Source: Eledone cirrhosa (taxonomy: Eukaryota). Taken from it: a stretch of 64,000 bases of DNA. Below are positions 38,572-52,112 of the stretch, piece by piece (within the stretch, counting starts at the first letter, position 1; each line of letters opens with the position of its first letter). The DNA lies in the NCBI GenBank assembly GCA_964016885.1, contig OZ024746.1:91884001-91948000 (forward strand). The letters are read 5' to 3'. Below the pieces are notes generated by a model that was given only the letters and a program-made list of their open reading frames with translations, made no database searches and was not told the origin of the DNA. Position numbers and translations under genes: made by a program.

Positions 38572-39433
38572 ATGAAAGACGTAAAGAAGAAAATTATGAA
38601 AATCGACTTACTTACTAAAATTTCACTCCAACTAATTAGTTTCTGTAAGGGAATAAATATGGTTACGGAGCGTACCCACAGAGAAACCTTATGTAATCAG
38701 GGAGTCTATTCTCAGCTAAGCTTCCAGGCAATGCGAGGACACTGGGAACTTATATAAAAATAATTCAGTGGATGGAAAAAAGCGAGCGGGGACTAAATTC
38801 CAAGACATTGAAAAAATTCACTGCCTACTTGGTCAGTGGCAAATTCAAAAGAATCAATCACGTGACACTGAGGTTAATCAGTGAGGAGTGGAGTGCTAAT
38901 AAGACAAGGGCCTAGCCACTACCATGAACCATAGTAGTAATTTCGGCAAGTTTTGCTCAACAAATAATTTGGAGATAATTATAAAGAATTAGTATATCTA
39001 CCAACACATGTATATAGATGCATACCCATGCTAGCAAATATATATGTTTTGTCTTAGTAACTTTGTGGTTCTATGCAAGGTCAATGTCTTGGAATTTAGT
39101 CCCCGCTCGCTTTTTTCCATCCACTGAATTATTTTTATATAAGTTCCCAGTGTCCTCGCATTGCCTGGAAGCTTAGCTGAGAATAGACTCCCTGATGACG
39201 TAAGGTTTCTCTGTGGGTACGCTCCGTAACCATATTTATTCCCTTACAGAAACTAATTAGTTGGAGTGAAATTTTAGTAAGTAAGTCGATTTTCATAATT
39301 TTCTTGTTTACGTCTTTCATATAATTGTTCTGCATCCCCTTGCATAGAACCAGAAAGTTACTAAGACAAAACATATATATTTGCTAGCATGGGTATGCAT
39401 CTGTATACATGTGTTGGTAGATATACTAATTCT
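38572..39433. mobile_element. double fold-back cassette with hammerhead
   Basis: Arms 38572-38810 / 39081-39320 and ~38987-39081 / 39340-39432. Confidence 0.85.
39187..39267 (+). ncRNA. type I hammerhead motif with extended stem II
   Basis: actcc-CTGATGA-c gtaagg...ccttac a-GAAA-ctaattag-TT-ggagt; the mirror copy at ~38625-38705 has a mutated core (CTGATTA). Confidence 0.65.
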
Positions 39434-39689
39434 TTATATATATTTATATATATATTTGTATGTACACTATGACAAAGTTGGAGTTGTTATGGAAGAAAAC
39501 TTATGTCAGCGTTATGAAATAATGGAAAAGGTGTTAGGCAATGATAAGAATGGACAAAACCCTGGAATATGGAAATTCCCATTGAAAGAGAAGCTTAAGG
39601 AAAATGTGGGGGGGGGGGTCTAAATCCTGTAAGAATGGAAGAGTCTCCTGATTGGTGAATAAGCTCTGTAAAAAATAGAAAGACGGACA

Positions 39690-40920
39690 GAGTGAGAGAG
39701 AGTGCGGAAGAGAGCATGAGTGTGTGTGAGTGAGAGAGAGGGAGAGAGGATGTGTGTGTATGTGAGAGACAGAGGGAGTGAGTGAGGGAGAGTGTATGCG
39801 AGAGAGAGTGAGTGAGAGGATGTGTGTGTATGTGAGAGAGAGACAGAGGGAGTGAGTGAGAGAGTGTGAGTGAGAGAGTGCGTGTGTGAGAGAGAGAGAG
39901 TGTCTGTATGTGTGTGTCAGAGAGAGAGAGTGTGTGTGTATGTGTGTGTGAGAGAGAGAGTGTGTGTGTATGTGTGTGTGAGAGAGAGTGTGTGTGTGTG
40001 TGAGTGTGTGTGTGAGAGAGAGTGTGTGTCTGTGTGTGTGAGAGTGTGTGTGTGTGTGAGAGAGAGAGAGTGTGTGTGTATGTGTGAGAGAGAGAGTGTG
40101 TGTGTGAGAGAGAGAGAGTGTGTGTGTATGTGTGTGTGTAAGAGAGAGAGAGTGTGTGTGTATGTGTGTGTGTAAGAGAGAGAGAGAGTGTGTGTGTATG
40201 TGTGTGTAAGAGAGAGAGTGTGTGTGTGTATGTGTGTGTGAGAGAGAGAGTGTGTGTGTGTAAGAGAGAGAGTGTGTGTGTGTATGTGTGTGTGTAAGTG
40301 AGAGAGAGAGTGTGTATGTGTGTGTGTGAGAGAGAGAGAGTGTGTGTGTATGTGTGTGTGTAAGAGAGAGAGAGAGTGTGTGTGTATGTGTGAGAGAGAG
40401 AGAGAGTGTGTGTGTATGTGTGTGTGTAAGAGAGAGAGAGTGTGTGTGTATGTGTGTGAGAGAGAGAGAGTGTGTGTGTATGTGTGTGAGAGAGAGAGTG
40501 TGTGTGTGTATGTGTGTGTGTAAGAGAGAGAGAGTGTGTGTGTATGTGTGTGAGAGAGAGAGAGTGTGTGTGTATGTGTGTGTGTAAGAGAGAGAGAGTG
40601 TGTGTGTATGTGTGTGAGAGAGAGAGTGTGTGTGTATGTGTGTGTGTAAGAGAGAGTGAGTTAAAATATTTATAAGGTAACCAGAAAGGTGTAACGGAAT
40701 TATAACCAAAAAGATGCAGACGATCATCATCATTATCATCATCACTGCCACCACCACCATCATGACCATCATCATCGCCAACCTCATCACCACCACCACC
40801 ACCGCCACCACCACGCCATCACCACCACTACCACCACCACCACCACCACCACCACTACCACCACCATCATCACCACCACTACCACCACCACCACCATCAC
40901 CATCATCATCACCACCACAT
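39690..40920. repeat. compound (GA)n/(GT)n array followed by (CAT/CAC)n
   Basis: Direct reading. Confidence 0.95.
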
Positions 40921-40944
40921 TTTCTTGATAAAAACAAAAATATT

Positions 40945-41110
40945 CTGATTCTGCGTCTCCAACTTTATCGTTAAAACCAGCCGCTATTATGATGTCCTTT
41001 GGAATGTTCGATCAGATCTTGGTAGCATTTTATTGTGTCTTCATCACCAATGGAGTTTGTGGTACTGTAACAACAAATAACATTGGTGGATGGGTTACCA
41101 TTGAAAGTGG
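40945..41110 (-). pseudogene. LINE APE endonuclease remnant
   Basis: GNPSTNVICCYSTTNS...CYQDL / [16 protein letters not shown] resembles YSPT...GDFNAKVG. Confidence 0.55.
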
Positions 41111-41536
41111 CTGTTATACTTCTTGGATTTATCGACACTATGTTACAGAGTGCTTGATAGCTTCTATGACTGAATAAGAGCCTTATTTGACACTACTTAT
41201 TCTGTATATTCACAGTTAACCTTTATATGTAGAGCCATTCCTCCTATCTCCAGGAGCCGTTAGACAGTATTATATCAGAGTTTTCTATATTACTAAAACA
41301 GAGAATGTCTGTTTGTCTGTTTGTCTGTCTGTCTGTACAATCACTAAAACTCGAGAACCACCCAACCGATTGTTTTCAAACTTTACACATGTAAATACTT
41401 ATGGTCCTATTGAGTGTTCTGAGCAAAACAAATTTCAAATTTTCAATGCCCTAGGCGATTTAGCGATCTCTTTCTCTCTCTCTTAGTCTTTCTCTTTTTA
41501 GATAGATACATAGATATGACGTCGCGCCTTTATAAT

Positions 41537-41715
41537 TGTTTCTACTTTTTGGCACAAGGCCAGCAATTATCCCAGTACATTACTGGTGCTTTATTTTATC
41601 GACCCCGTAAGGATGAAAGGCAAAGTTAACCTCGGCGGGAATTGAACTCAGATCGTAAAGGGACGTAACTATGCTGGAAAGCATAATCCAACCCTCTACC
41701 GATACTGCCAATTCA
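41537..41715 (-). mobile_element. SINE nested in the Helitron, TSD ctttataat
   Basis: ctttataat at 41528-41536 and 41716-41724; uninterrupted site visible in the 56.5 kb Helitron. Confidence 0.9.
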
Positions 41716-42318
41716 CTTTATAATATCTGTCTGTATGCCTGGCTGTCTGCGTTACGTCATTATAACGCGATCAGTGTGCGTGTGTGTATATATGTATATA
41801 TAGTGTGTGTGTATATATATATATATATTCTTATGCCAGGGAACGTCTTCACGAACCAAAGTATCGTCTTCCTGTTTTCCTTAGGTTGCAACGTTTTTCG
41901 AAATATTTACATCTGCGTTCACAGATTGATTTTTTTAGTTTCAGAAGATGCCGTTAAGGTTGAAAGCAGCGATTCTTTACTTAAACTTTAATATGTTATT
42001 TTAATATAAATATTCGTGTACAGATATTTTTGCATACACAAAAACAAAATATAAACAAACAAGGCCAACGATTACATCAGTTAGTCTTAGTGTACTTCAT
42101 ACTGCTTTTAGGTAGAACATCCCGTTAAGGGTGAAAGCAGCGATTCATTTTCTGCGTTCACAGATTGATTTTGTTTTAGTTTCAGAAGATCCGTTAAGGG
42201 TGAAAGCAGCGATTCTTTGCTTAAGCTTTAATCTGTTATTTTAATATATATAGAGAGAATATCCAACTGATAAGGTATGATTTTCCTGGGTATGTCTCTA
42301 TTTATAAAACAAACTTTG

Positions 42319-42381
42319 TATTTTATCTGAAGAAAGCGTACCAAAGTCTTTTGGTACCCTTGAAATATATATAATAAAATA
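42319..42381 (+). ncRNA. hammerhead motif, family A
   Basis: tattttat-CTGAAGA-aagcgtaccaa...ttggtaccctt-GAAA-tatata-TA-ataaaata. Confidence 0.7.
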
Positions 42382-42519
42382 AATATGGTTTTATAAATAG
42401 TTTCCATTTATTTAATATCATTGAATATTTACTCCAGGAAACTGTTGAGTGCTCTAAATCAGTTATAAACATTTATATTTATATTTATCGGATTTCCAAC
42501 AAATTAAATACCCTTTCTA

Positions 42520-42554
<35 letters not shown>

Positions 42555-42562
<8 letters not shown>

Positions 42563-42892
42563 CAGAATATTAATGAATGAAGACATTCACATAATCAAAA
42601 TATATGTTTTATTATATATATTTCGAAGGTACTGTGCTGTTTTTTCAGTACGTCCTCGTCAGATAAAATACATGAATTGATGTGTGACATACCTCAACGG
42701 TCTTGCTGGTTCAATTCCAGTATTGGCAGTCATTGAACCATCAAAACCGTTGAGGTATGTCATACATCAATTCATGTATTTTATCTGACGAGGACGTACT
42801 GAAAAATAACACACTACCTTCGAAATATATATAATAAAACATATATTTTGATTATGTGAATTTCTTCATTTATTAATATTCTGAATAATATT
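42555..42892. mobile_element. fold-back cassette with two divergent hammerheads
   Basis: ~160-bp inverted arms; CTGACGA-g...c-GAAA cores on minus (42605-42670) and plus (42777-42841). Confidence 0.85.
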
Positions 42893-43155
42893 AATAACTC
42901 CAGAAAACTTCCTTTTAGAGTGCTTTTAATCTATTGTAAAACTATATTCATTGAGTAATCAATGAACCATATTAATCTTTGGTCATATATATATATATAT
43001 ATATAATTATATATTCGTGTACAGATATTTTTGCATATACAATAATAAAATATAAACAAATGTATTTATTTCACGAGGCTCGATAAGGATAAATATATAT
43101 CAAATATATAAGAACCATAGAGCAAATCCCGAGCAACGCCAGGCCATTCTGCTAG

Positions 43156-45298
43156 TAATATACTATATCAGAGTTATAATATATCAGAGTTATAATATAT
43201 TATATCAGAGTTATAATATACTATATCAGAGTTATAATATATGATACCAGAGTTATAATATATTATATCAGAGTTATAATATATTTTATCAGAGTTATAA
43301 TATATTATACCAGAGTTGTAATATACCAGAGTTATAATATATTATACCAGAGTTATAATATACCAGAGTTATAATACACCAGAGTTATAATATATTATAC
43401 CAGAGTTGTAATATACCAGAGTTATAATATAATATACCAGAGTTATAATATATTATACCAGAGTTATAATATATTATATCAGTTATAATATATTATATCA
43501 GAGTTATAATATATTATATCAGAGTTATAATATAATATACCAGAGTTATAATATATTATACCAGAGTTATAATATATTATACCAGAGTGATAATATATTA
43601 TACCAGAGTTATAATATATTATATCAGAGTTATAATATATTATACCAGAGTTATAATATATTATACCAAAGTTATAATATATTATACCAGAGTTATAATA
43701 TAATATACCAGAGTTATAATATAATATACCAGAGTTATAATATAATATACCAGAGTTATAATATAATATACCAGAATTATAATATATTATACCAAAGTTA
43801 TAATATATTATACCAGAGTTATAATATATTATACCAGAGTTATAATATAATATACCAGAATTATAATATAATATACCAGAGTTATAATATAATATACCAG
43901 AATTATAATATATTATACCAGAGTTATAATATAATATACCAGAGTTATAATATAATATACCAGAGTTATAATATAATATACCAGGGTTATAATATATAAT
44001 ACCAGAGTTATAATATAATATACCAGAGTTATAATATAATATACCAGAGTTATAATATACCAGAGTTATAATATAATATACCAGAGTTATAATATACCAG
44101 AGTTATAATATAATATATCAGAGTTATAATATACCAGAGTTATAATATAATATACCAGAGTTATAATATACCAGAGTTATAATATAATATACCAGAGTTA
44201 TAATATACCAGAGTTATAATATACTAGAGTTATAATATACCAGAGTTATAATATAATATACCAGAGTTATAATATAATATACCAGAGTTATAATATAATA
44301 TACCAGAGTTATAATATACCAGAGTTATAATATAATATACCAGAGTTATAATATAATATACCAGAGTTATAATATACCAGAGTTATAATATAATATACCA
44401 GAGTTATAATATAATATACCAGAGTTATAATATAATATACCAGAGTTATAATATACCAGAGTTATAATATAATATACCAGAGTTATAATATAATATACCA
44501 GAGTTATAATATACCAGAGTTATAATATAATATACCAGAGTTATAATATAATATACCAGAGTTATAATATAATATACCAGAGTTATAATATACCAGAGTT
44601 ATAATATAATATACCAGAGTTATAATATAATATACCAGAGTTATAATATAATATACCAGAGTTATAATATAATATACCAGAGTTATAATATAATATACCA
44701 GAGTTATAATATACCAGAGTTATAATATAATATACCAGAGTTATAATATACCAGAGTTATAATATAATATACCAGAGTTATAATATAATATACCAGAGTT
44801 ATAATATACCAGAGTTATGATATACCAGAGTTATAATATAATATACCAGAGTTATAATATAATATACCAGAGTTATAATATAATATACCAGAGTTATAAT
44901 ATAATATACCAGAGTTATAATATACCAGAGTTATAATATAATATACCAGAGTTATAATATACCAGAGTTATAATATAATATACCAGAGTTATAATATAAT
45001 ATACCAGAGTTATAATATACCAGAGTTATAATATAATATACCAGAGTTATAATATAATATACCAGAGTTATAATATAATATACCAGAGTTATAATATAAT
45101 ATACCAGAGTTATAATATAATATACCAGAGTTATAATATAATATACCAGAGTTATAATATAATATACCAGAGTTATAATATACCAGAGTTATAATATAAT
45201 ATACCAGAGTTATAATATAATATACCAGAGTTATAATATAATATACCAGAGTTATAATATACCAGAGTTATAATATAATATACCAGAGTTATAATATA
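43156..45298. repeat. 21/16-bp minisatellite (ataccagagttataat[ataat]), >100 copies
   Basis: Direct reading. Confidence 0.97.
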
Positions 45299-45549
45299 AA
45301 CTAATAAGAAATGAAAGTTCAAAAGCTAAAATTATAAAAGGATACTTTATTTACAATTTCACACATACACACACATGCACATACACACATACACACACAT
45401 ACACGCACACTCTCACACACACCCACATACAAACACATACACACACCCACTCACACATACACTGAGCACATTCAAGGTATTAAAATAACAAAAACATTGC
45501 ACCTCAGGCCGACAGAGCAGCGGTCTGTTGTGCTGTGATAGCAATGATA

Positions 45550-45682
45550 AGATAATTGCTTCTACTTTATAGAACAAGGCCAGCAATTTGAAGGGAAGGG
45601 GAAAGACGATTGAATCAACCCAAGTGCGTTACTGGTATTTTATTCAAAAAAGCCCGTAAGGATGAAAGGCAAAGTTGACCTA
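45550..45682 (-). mobile_element. SINE fragment
   Basis: caaggccagcaatttg...gtaaggatgaaaggcaaagttgacct. Confidence 0.75.
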
Positions 45683-45961
45683 AGAGAGAGGTCAAATGCT
45701 ACCCCTCACCCGATATGAGACCTCACTCCACGTATCTATGAGAGCTGCTTCTAATTGACATTTAAAGAACACAAGGAAAGCCCACTATAACCTTAGTAAC
45801 ACACAAATACGTTAGTTTCCATTATTGCTGACGATAGCTTGTCGTAGAAAGGTCTCTTGTTTGTCTTATGAAAGTTATGGTTGCAAAATATGAAATTACC
45901 TTTCCACTTAAACGTCTATGATTGAGCAATACAGTTACTTTTACTTCTTAAAACTTGTGTG

Positions 45962-45994
<33 letters not shown>

Positions 45995-47345
45995 TGGTAT
46001 CGTTTTTTTGTTATTTTTGTCAAAACCTATTGCATGGACCATAGAATTATCCTTCACAGAAATGTCATTATTTTCTCTTTCGAAAACGCATGCATTTTGC
46101 TACAAAATATTTCTGATAGTTTTCCTTTTGGTGTTTAAAAATCCGCAGAAATATATTCCCCTTTAATATGGTTGTTTTATATATATATGTAAACAATATA
46201 GAAAAACTAAAATTCATCATTTTGTTTTTGTCTGGGCCTTGTATGGCACGTTTCCAATGTTTAAATATCTTTTGTGTAAAAATAAATGTACTTTTATACA
46301 GTTTCAAATTATTAGAATCCAGCTGCTTTGAAGAGCAGTGAAAACAACCCCAACACACGTCTGAACAGGTCAGCAGCAGCAGCAGCAGCAGCAAATAATA
46401 GTAATAATGATAGTAGTAATAATAATAATAATAATCGTTTCTAACATGGATAGGAGGGGGCCACATTGGAGGGGTTTACTTAGTTTATTTAATCGAGCTT
46501 GGAGAGATGAAAGGCAAAGTCAAAATAAAAAAAATCTCCATTTAGTGGAAAGTTATACTCAGCTTTAAACCGATAGAAAATCAATCAATATATATCAAAT
46601 GATTCTTTGAAGTCATCAATTTGAACAGATTTTCGTCCAACTTTATATCAGAGACTGTTATTTATTTCTAGAACCGAAATTCAAAATCACGCTAGCTATT
46701 TCTTAATCTTTCCAATTTCCTGTTTCACAATAAAATAATGTCTCTCTTTCAATAATGATATATTTTTACCGACCAACTTTCCTACATTTTTTTCTCTTTT
46801 TACATTGAAAGGGAATACTGTTGCTTGGCTTTACCCCGAGGTCTTATCAATACTTATCTTAATGAATATTCAGCATTACCGAAGTACGTTCTTGAGCTTA
46901 AAATATAGGTTTTCTAACATCTACTTAGCGATACTGTTTAGTGCTAATACTATGTTTAATATCAGGGAAATTGTAAATTGTCGAACTAGCACAAATACAC
47001 AAATAATCTTACCAACATATAAACTATACATTACTAACTATATTCTTATCAATATAATATCAGGGTTAACGAAAAACTTGTCCTTCCATTAACTTTGTTG
47101 TTTACTCGAGAATTTAGGGCTTTACCCAGAAGCTCAGTTCACAGACAATCAATATGATATATTTATATAAACATGCAAATATATGTTATTATTCTGCTAA
47201 AGTTCTAGTTTCTAGGGTGTCTTGGAGGCACAAAGAATTTAAAAATCAAATTCTATGCCTTATATACCGCTTGATTTAACTCAGCGAGGAATCAAATTCT
47301 TTCCTCTCTCTTTCCTCCTCTTTCCCTTTCTCCCTCTCTCTCTGT

Positions 47346-47429
<84 letters not shown>

Positions 47430-47850
47430 GGATATATATATATATGTAAGGTGAAGTTACTGTAGGTTCACCCAGGTGAGCACTCGATGCTTAGGTTCAC
47501 GTCAGTGGGGAGGTGTAGAGCTAAACAGAGTGTAATATAATAATACAAGGATGATTTGTTAAGCCTTCATTACGTTTATTGATTGGTGACGCGCGTTTCT
47601 CTATTGATAAGCTCAAGGTTCGATCTGTATCGATCTGGCCCGTCGAAACGGCTTGAGCTCTGCCGTCGGGGTCATACATTTTCCTATTACCCACTCTACT
47701 ACCCTAAGTATTGAGTACTCTGGTGTGTTATTGTCCATCTGGTTCCTTACCACAACTCCTTCGTTATATATATATATATATATATATATATAACATTTAA
47801 GGGATCATTTAAGGGGATCATTTAAGAAAAATCTTTGTCCAAGTGAGTTT

Positions 47851-47931
47851 GTTTCCTGATGAGTTCGAAGCTCGAGAATTTATCCTTGATAGGATATTTC
47901 CGAAAGCGAACGAAACCCTAAGGGTAGAAAC
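47851..47931 (+). ncRNA. type I hammerhead with canonical G-C closing stem II
   Basis: gtttc-CTGATGA-gttcg...cgaac-GAAA-ccc taa ggg-TA-gaaac; GUA site. Confidence 0.75.
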
Positions 47932-48596
47932 GTAATCCTGGTATGTGTATATGCATTTTTTCTTCTAACTTTAATTTTATACCTAATTGTGTATGGTTGA
48001 CGGTATATTTAATCCATTTCTACGTGCTATTGAAATGTTGGGGAAATATTCTATAGCTGTTGATCGCGAATAGATGGCTGTCGTTTATTTATCTACTATT
48101 TCTTCATAGGTGCCTTTTAAAGTTATAGCCTGGTTTAATTGGTTTTTTGTGTGGTTGATTATGCTAATTGGGAGAGGAAATGGTGTATATATATTGTCAA
48201 ATGATTCTATGGACATACTTTATAGTATATATATATATATATATAAAGTAAAAGTAGAAGCTTGCCCGCGAGCTGGGCGGTTTCGGCTAATACTGTATAT
48301 AAACGTGAAAGTTTGTCTTAAATTAACGCCACCGTTTCTAAACGAAACTTCAAATTTGGCCCAGAATTCCAAATGAATTCCTAAATAATCTATAAATAAA
48401 ATGTAACTCCGAAATCTCCTTAGGTATAAAATATGGAACAATGGGGAAAACAAGAATAGGGAAAAAGACTGAAAGTTTTAATAAAGTTGGAGAGTTTAGG
48501 AGGAACAGGAGGTAAATTATCTAAATTCCATTGTTATTTGTGACGTCACAATCTGTATTTCATCATAATCTCCCTCAATGTATGTGTGTGTATAAG

Positions 48597-48642
<46 letters not shown>

Positions 48643-49464
48643 TGTGGTCTTAAATAAACTATATTTAATCATAGGTATATTGGATCTGAGATAATCCGTG
48701 GCTAAACAACCACAATTACTGCAGCTGAAGAGTAATAAAGCAGCATATTTACAGAGAAGTGGTGATATTCATGCTGTTCCAGAGGATATTAGTGACTTAA
48801 GTGGAGCGGCTCCAGCTGGGAATCAGTAGATAGTTACACCGACTCATGTTAACAATTCGATTGATCTAGTCAACTATCTATGAAACTCCCAGAATTATAG
48901 CAAGACACACAGGCAGACAAGCCGTCGCTCCCACACAGGGGCAGGAGGGGCAGAAAAAGAGAACAACAGAAGTAAACATATATTTGAAATACATGTCAAA
49001 AAATGACACGATACAATCTGACTTTTTGAAGGAAAAATTAAAAAGATATCCTTTTCTTTTTTATTTTAATCTTTCTTTACATAATATACGTCACAGAGTA
49101 ATAATAACAAAACTTACTATTTCATATTTACTAAATAAATATAATAAATGAATATAAAATTTTAAAATATATTTTAAACTTTGATAAAATAAAATGAAGA
49201 ATTTTTAGTAATAAAAGAACTTTCCTTGAAGTTGCAGATTTAGATTTTTCCCTCGATATAAAGCTGAATAAATTAATGTCTGCTTTTTGTAGTTTATACC
49301 AATGTAAAATGCTGATATGACCTAAAATGGTGGAATACAATCAGTTTTGTTAAATTTATTTTCTTTAAAAAATGATTTACTGCACACAAAATAAAATGGA
49401 TTTATAGAAAATAATATTTCTCTTCTTTACAACGAATGACGTTGCGATGTTTTACTAATAATAA

Positions 49465-49746
49465 CAGATGGTGATGGTGATGATGATGATGGTGATGATA
49501 TGATGGTTATGATAATGGGGATGATGATGATGGTGGTGATGGTGTTGGTGATATGATGATGATGGTGATGGCGATGCTATGATAATGATGATGGTGATAG
49601 TGATATGATAATGATGATGAAGGTGATTATGGTGATAGTGATGCTATGGTGATGATGATGGTGGTGGTGGTGATGGCGATGATGGTGATGATGATGATGA
49701 TGATGATGGTGATGGTGGTGATGATGATTATGATGATGATGATGAT
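49465..49746. repeat. (GAT/GGT)n low-complexity repeat
   Basis: Direct reading. Confidence 0.9.
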
Positions 49747-50220
49747 GTATCTTTTCATTAAAACAGTTAAAATAACTGCACTACCACAAATGATTTCTTA
49801 ACGAAATTTAAAATTTAAGATTTATTGTGAGAGAGCAATGAGAAGTGGTGTCTTACATGCATTTCCCGAAGTCATTACTACACAGCATAGTAGACTGCTA
49901 ATAGTAGAGTTACAGCACACCCCAGATACAAGCTACTTCTACTCAACAGAATCACTATATTACTGGTATGTGATTGATCCAACAAGACAGATTCTACGTG
50001 GTTGGACCACCTACAAGAAATAGCAGCTAAATTCCACACTAAATATCCCACACTGCCTCATCTTGGACCTGTCATTTACCGTACATAACCTCGGGTCAAC
50101 CCATGTCTTAGGGAAACTGGGTTCACGAAAACTCTTTGGAAGCCCATCGCATAGACTGTATCTGTAATTCAAAGGACCAGCTATGTCACACATTGCCACG
50201 CTGAATCTCCCTGAGAATTA

Positions 50221-50419
50221 TGAAGGTTAGCTGAAAAGTTCATAGGCTGATTATGAAGGAGTGATGCTAGAGCTATGAAATCTTGCATGCATTAATTTCA
50301 ACTCTTCTTATTAATAACTGCATTGTTTCTTTCCTGGAACTATGATAAAAAATAAACCTCATTTGGTCATTCCATGAGAGTATCTTGGTCAGCCTATGAA
50401 CGTTTTCAGTCGACCCTCG
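50221..50419. mobile_element. mariner-like MITE, paralogue of 24055-24250
   Basis: Reverse-complement match, TIRs, TA flank. Confidence 0.8.
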
Positions 50420-50457
50420 TATGTTAAGGATACACATATCTGTGGAATACTCAGCCG

Positions 50458-51122
50458 ACGGGCCACTATCCGGCCCGCCAGATCAGCCAGAGTGGCCTGC
50501 GATGACCGTTTTTAGTTTTTACCTTATAGGCTTATTTAGAATTTTTTTCATAACCGTAATACGTCTGTTAGTTGACCTATACTGATAGGGTTATGTGTGT
50601 TATAGTTTCCCAGTTGATCTATACTAAAGGGCTTCACTGATAGGGTTATGTGTGTTATAGTTTCCCAGTTGATCTATACTAAAGGGCTTCACTGATAGGG
50701 TTGTGTGTGTTATAGTTTCCCAGTTGATCTATACTAAAGGGCTTCACTGATAGGGTTGTGTGTGTTGTAGTTTCCCAGTTGACCTATACTAAAAGGCTTC
50801 ACTGATAGGGTTATGTGTGTTGTAATTTCCCAGTTGACCTATTCTAAAGGGCTTCACTGATAGGGTTATGTGTGTTGTAGTTTCCCAGTTGACCTATACT
50901 AAAGGGCTTCACTGATAGGGTTATGTGTGTTGTAGTTTCCCAGTTGACCTATACTAAAGGGCTTCACTGATAGGGTTGTGTGTGTTGTAATTTCCCAGTT
51001 CCATGTCAATGGAAAGAAGTTGTGGTGAATCTTTGGAATAGTGCTTAATAAATATTAATGGCCCTAATAGTTGTTCCAAAGTTCAAAAGTGGCCCGCCAC
51101 TGGAATATGTTGCACTCCCCTG
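50458..51122. mobile_element. hAT/Charlie-like MITE containing a 55-bp x ~7.5 minisatellite (50581-51000)
   Basis: gggccac..ccggcccg subterminal motifs and ...ttgcactcccctg|ctcta end; unit actgatagggtt(a/g)tgtgtgtt...aaagggcttc. Confidence 0.55.
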
Positions 51123-51196
51123 CTCTAAAGGATAGTTTAAGTATTCTATAAATTCTATCAGCTTCTCTATTATCCCATTTGAGGGTCTTAAATAAT

Positions 51197-51366
51197 TGTT
51201 TCTACTTTTGGCACAAGGCCAGCAATTACTGGTACTTTATTTTATCGACCCCGTAAGGATGAAAGGCAAAGTTAACCTTGGCGGGATTTGAACTCAGATC
51301 ATAAAGGGAGGTAACTATGCTTCGAAGCATGGCGTCCGACCCTCTACCGATACTGCCAATCCACTG
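51197..51366 (-). mobile_element. SINE with ~19-bp TSD
   Basis: tttgagggtcttaa(a/g)taat on both sides. Confidence 0.9.
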
Positions 51367-51509
51367 CTTTGAGGGTCTTAAGTAATAGCGACGGTGACAG
51401 TAGATTGCTAGGTAGTAGGTTAGATCGACTAGCAATTCCACTGATATAGTCAACTATCTTTAGATCACAGAATTATAACAAACATACACACAGCCAGACA
51501 AGCCCTTGG

Positions 51510-52112
51510 AGTAGTGGTGCTGGTGGTGTTGTTGGTGGTGGTGTTAGAGGTAGTGGTGGTGGTGGTGATGTTAGTGGTGGCCGTGTTGGTGGTGGTGTTA
51601 GAGGTAGTGGTGCTGGTGGTGTTGTTGGTGGTGGTGGTGGTGTGTGGTGGTGGTGGTGTTGTTGGTGGTGTTAGAGGTAGTGGTGGTGGTGGTGGTGGTG
51701 GTGGTGGTGGTGTTATTGGCGGTGGTGTTAGTGGTAGTGTTAGTGGTGTTAGTGGTGGTGTTAGTGGTGTTAGTGGTGTTAGTGGTGGTGTTAATGGTGG
51801 TGGTGTTAGTGGTGGTGGTGGTGTTAGTGGTGGTGGTGGTGTGTGGTGGTGGTGGTGGTGTTGTTGGTGGTGGTGGTGGTGTTAGTGGTGGTGGAGGTGT
51901 TGTTGATGGTGTTAGTGGTGGTGTTAGTGGTGGTGCTGGTCGTGGTGTTAGTGGTGGTGGTGGTGGTGGTGTTATTGGCGGTGGTGTTAGTGGTGGTGGT
52001 GGTGGTGGTGTTATTGGCGGTGGTGTTAATGGTGGTGTTAGTGGTGTTAGTGGTGGTGTTAGTGGTGTTAGTGGTGGTGTTAATGGTGGTGGTGTTAGTG
52101 GTGGTGGTGGTG
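51510..52112. repeat. (GGT/GTT)n low-complexity repeat
   Basis: Direct reading. Confidence 0.93.

Larger units (their letters stand above)
41284..43155 (+). mobile_element. non-autonomous Helitron containing nested SINE and HHR cassettes
   Basis: 5' TC-tatattactaaaac plus (gtct)n; internal homology to 56525-57115; 3' hairpin cccgagcaacgccagg then CTAG|T. Confidence 0.7.

Noticed and set aside
39534-40974. 467-aa His/Thr/Ser/Leu ORF and Pro-rich ORF
   Set aside because: Dinucleotide and trinucleotide repeat translation
41935-41975. cagaaga...gaaa motif (also at ~42180)
   Set aside because: Core altered and no cleavage triplet with a pairing stem I; at best a dead remnant
45820-45860. ctgacga...gaaa hammerhead-like core
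   Set aside because: No convincing stem I or stem III
46302-46368. Possible spliced exon (tacag...caggtcag)
   Set aside because: Stops in all three frames and no supporting neighbouring exons
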